Origin: Takakia lepidozioides
Lineage: Eukaryota > Plantae > Bryophyta
Reading direction: 5' to 3'
DNA length: 64,000 bases
Assembly (NCBI GenBank): GCA_030704615.1
Contig: CM060734.1
Span: forward strand, 51,398,001-51,462,000
Shown piece after piece: positions 63,341-64,000 of this stretch. The translations under genes and the position numbers were made by a program. Numbering within the stretch: the first letter of the stretch is position 1; every line of letters starts with the position of its first letter. Under the pieces are notes generated by a model. It searched no databases, was not told the DNA's origin, and saw nothing but the letters and a program-made list of their open reading frames with translations.

Positions 63341-64000
63341 TCAAAAAGTCTATTTTTTCTTAGACCTTTTTGGTTAATCTTAAAGGCCTTGCGGTCATCA
63401 TTTTGTATGCTATAAGGGTTCGAATCCCCATACAAAAATAAATTTATTGTGAATACCAGAGCTGAAATTATCAATACCAAAATGTCAATGTTATTTAAAA
63501 AAAAAATGTTAACCCTAAAGGACGACGCGACCTGAATCAGGTCGCAACGATTTACATCCAAATTCATAACTTCGTTGGATGAACTCTGATGAAGATGAGC
63601 CCTAAACGGAATTTGTGCAGCGCCATCTCCTCTACACGCTTCAGCAAACGGCATGTAAAAATCATAAAAGCCCTGCATGCTAGAATTTATTGAATGCATG
63701 GGGGTCCAGGAATTGGGTGGTGCAGCGGGTGGCCACGCAGGTTGACCGCGTACGTGGCATGCCGGACCAGGCAGCGAATGCAAAGAAGTGGGAATGCAAC
63801 ACCCTCGCCGGAGAAGACACATTTCCGGCAGCAGAAGGCCTGCTTTGCCGATGGCCGGAAAATCCACTCTTTTCCCCATCCATGTATGAAACTTCCTCCA
63901 AATCCAAATTGTTTTTGGCAGAGGCCTTTGCAGTGGAGTGCTACAAAGAATGACCGTTGGAATTTGCATCCAAGTGCCATTTTCAGGGCATGTGGAAGCC

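Noticed and set aside
63334-63980. 211-aa ORF at the window end
   Set aside because: No recognisable domain, it runs into AT-rich non-coding sequence, and the context is truncated.

Overview
Eukaryotic nuclear DNA from a non-seed land plant, probably a bryophyte (inferred from PLS-class PPR motifs, spliceosomal introns and a Tcn1-type chromovirus). The window is almost entirely nested transposons. The host genes are a 4-exon mitochondrial-type ribosomal protein uL15 (9756-11955, one 1-nt frameshift) and a decayed PLS-PPR gene (about 20.5-24.6 kb). The main candidate new system is a 12.55-kb Ty3/gypsy-type retroelement (39138-51692, 4-bp TSD GCGT). It carries a C5 DNA methyltransferase between protease and reverse transcriptase, has a self-complementary, tRNA-independent primer site, and has split direct repeats (A1-internal-B1-A2-B2) instead of two LTRs, even though it encodes a DDE integrase. 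A diverged sibling fragment (25236-26317) shows the same B-A-B end plus a PHD finger after integrase, so the architecture appears inherited rather than accidental. The retroelement lies inside a 24.8-kb interval bounded by perfect piggyBac-type TIRs and TTAA sites (37782-62562). That interval also holds captured PPR-gene exons, a 120-bp satellite and orphan ORFs. Other elements: a GCM/SWIM Mutator-like element with atypical ends that splits a gag ORF, two TIR elements with 8-bp TSDs, an L1/Tx1-type LINE, and a CACTA insertion whose flanks are inverted. All calls come from reading the sequence by eye; no database searches were run.
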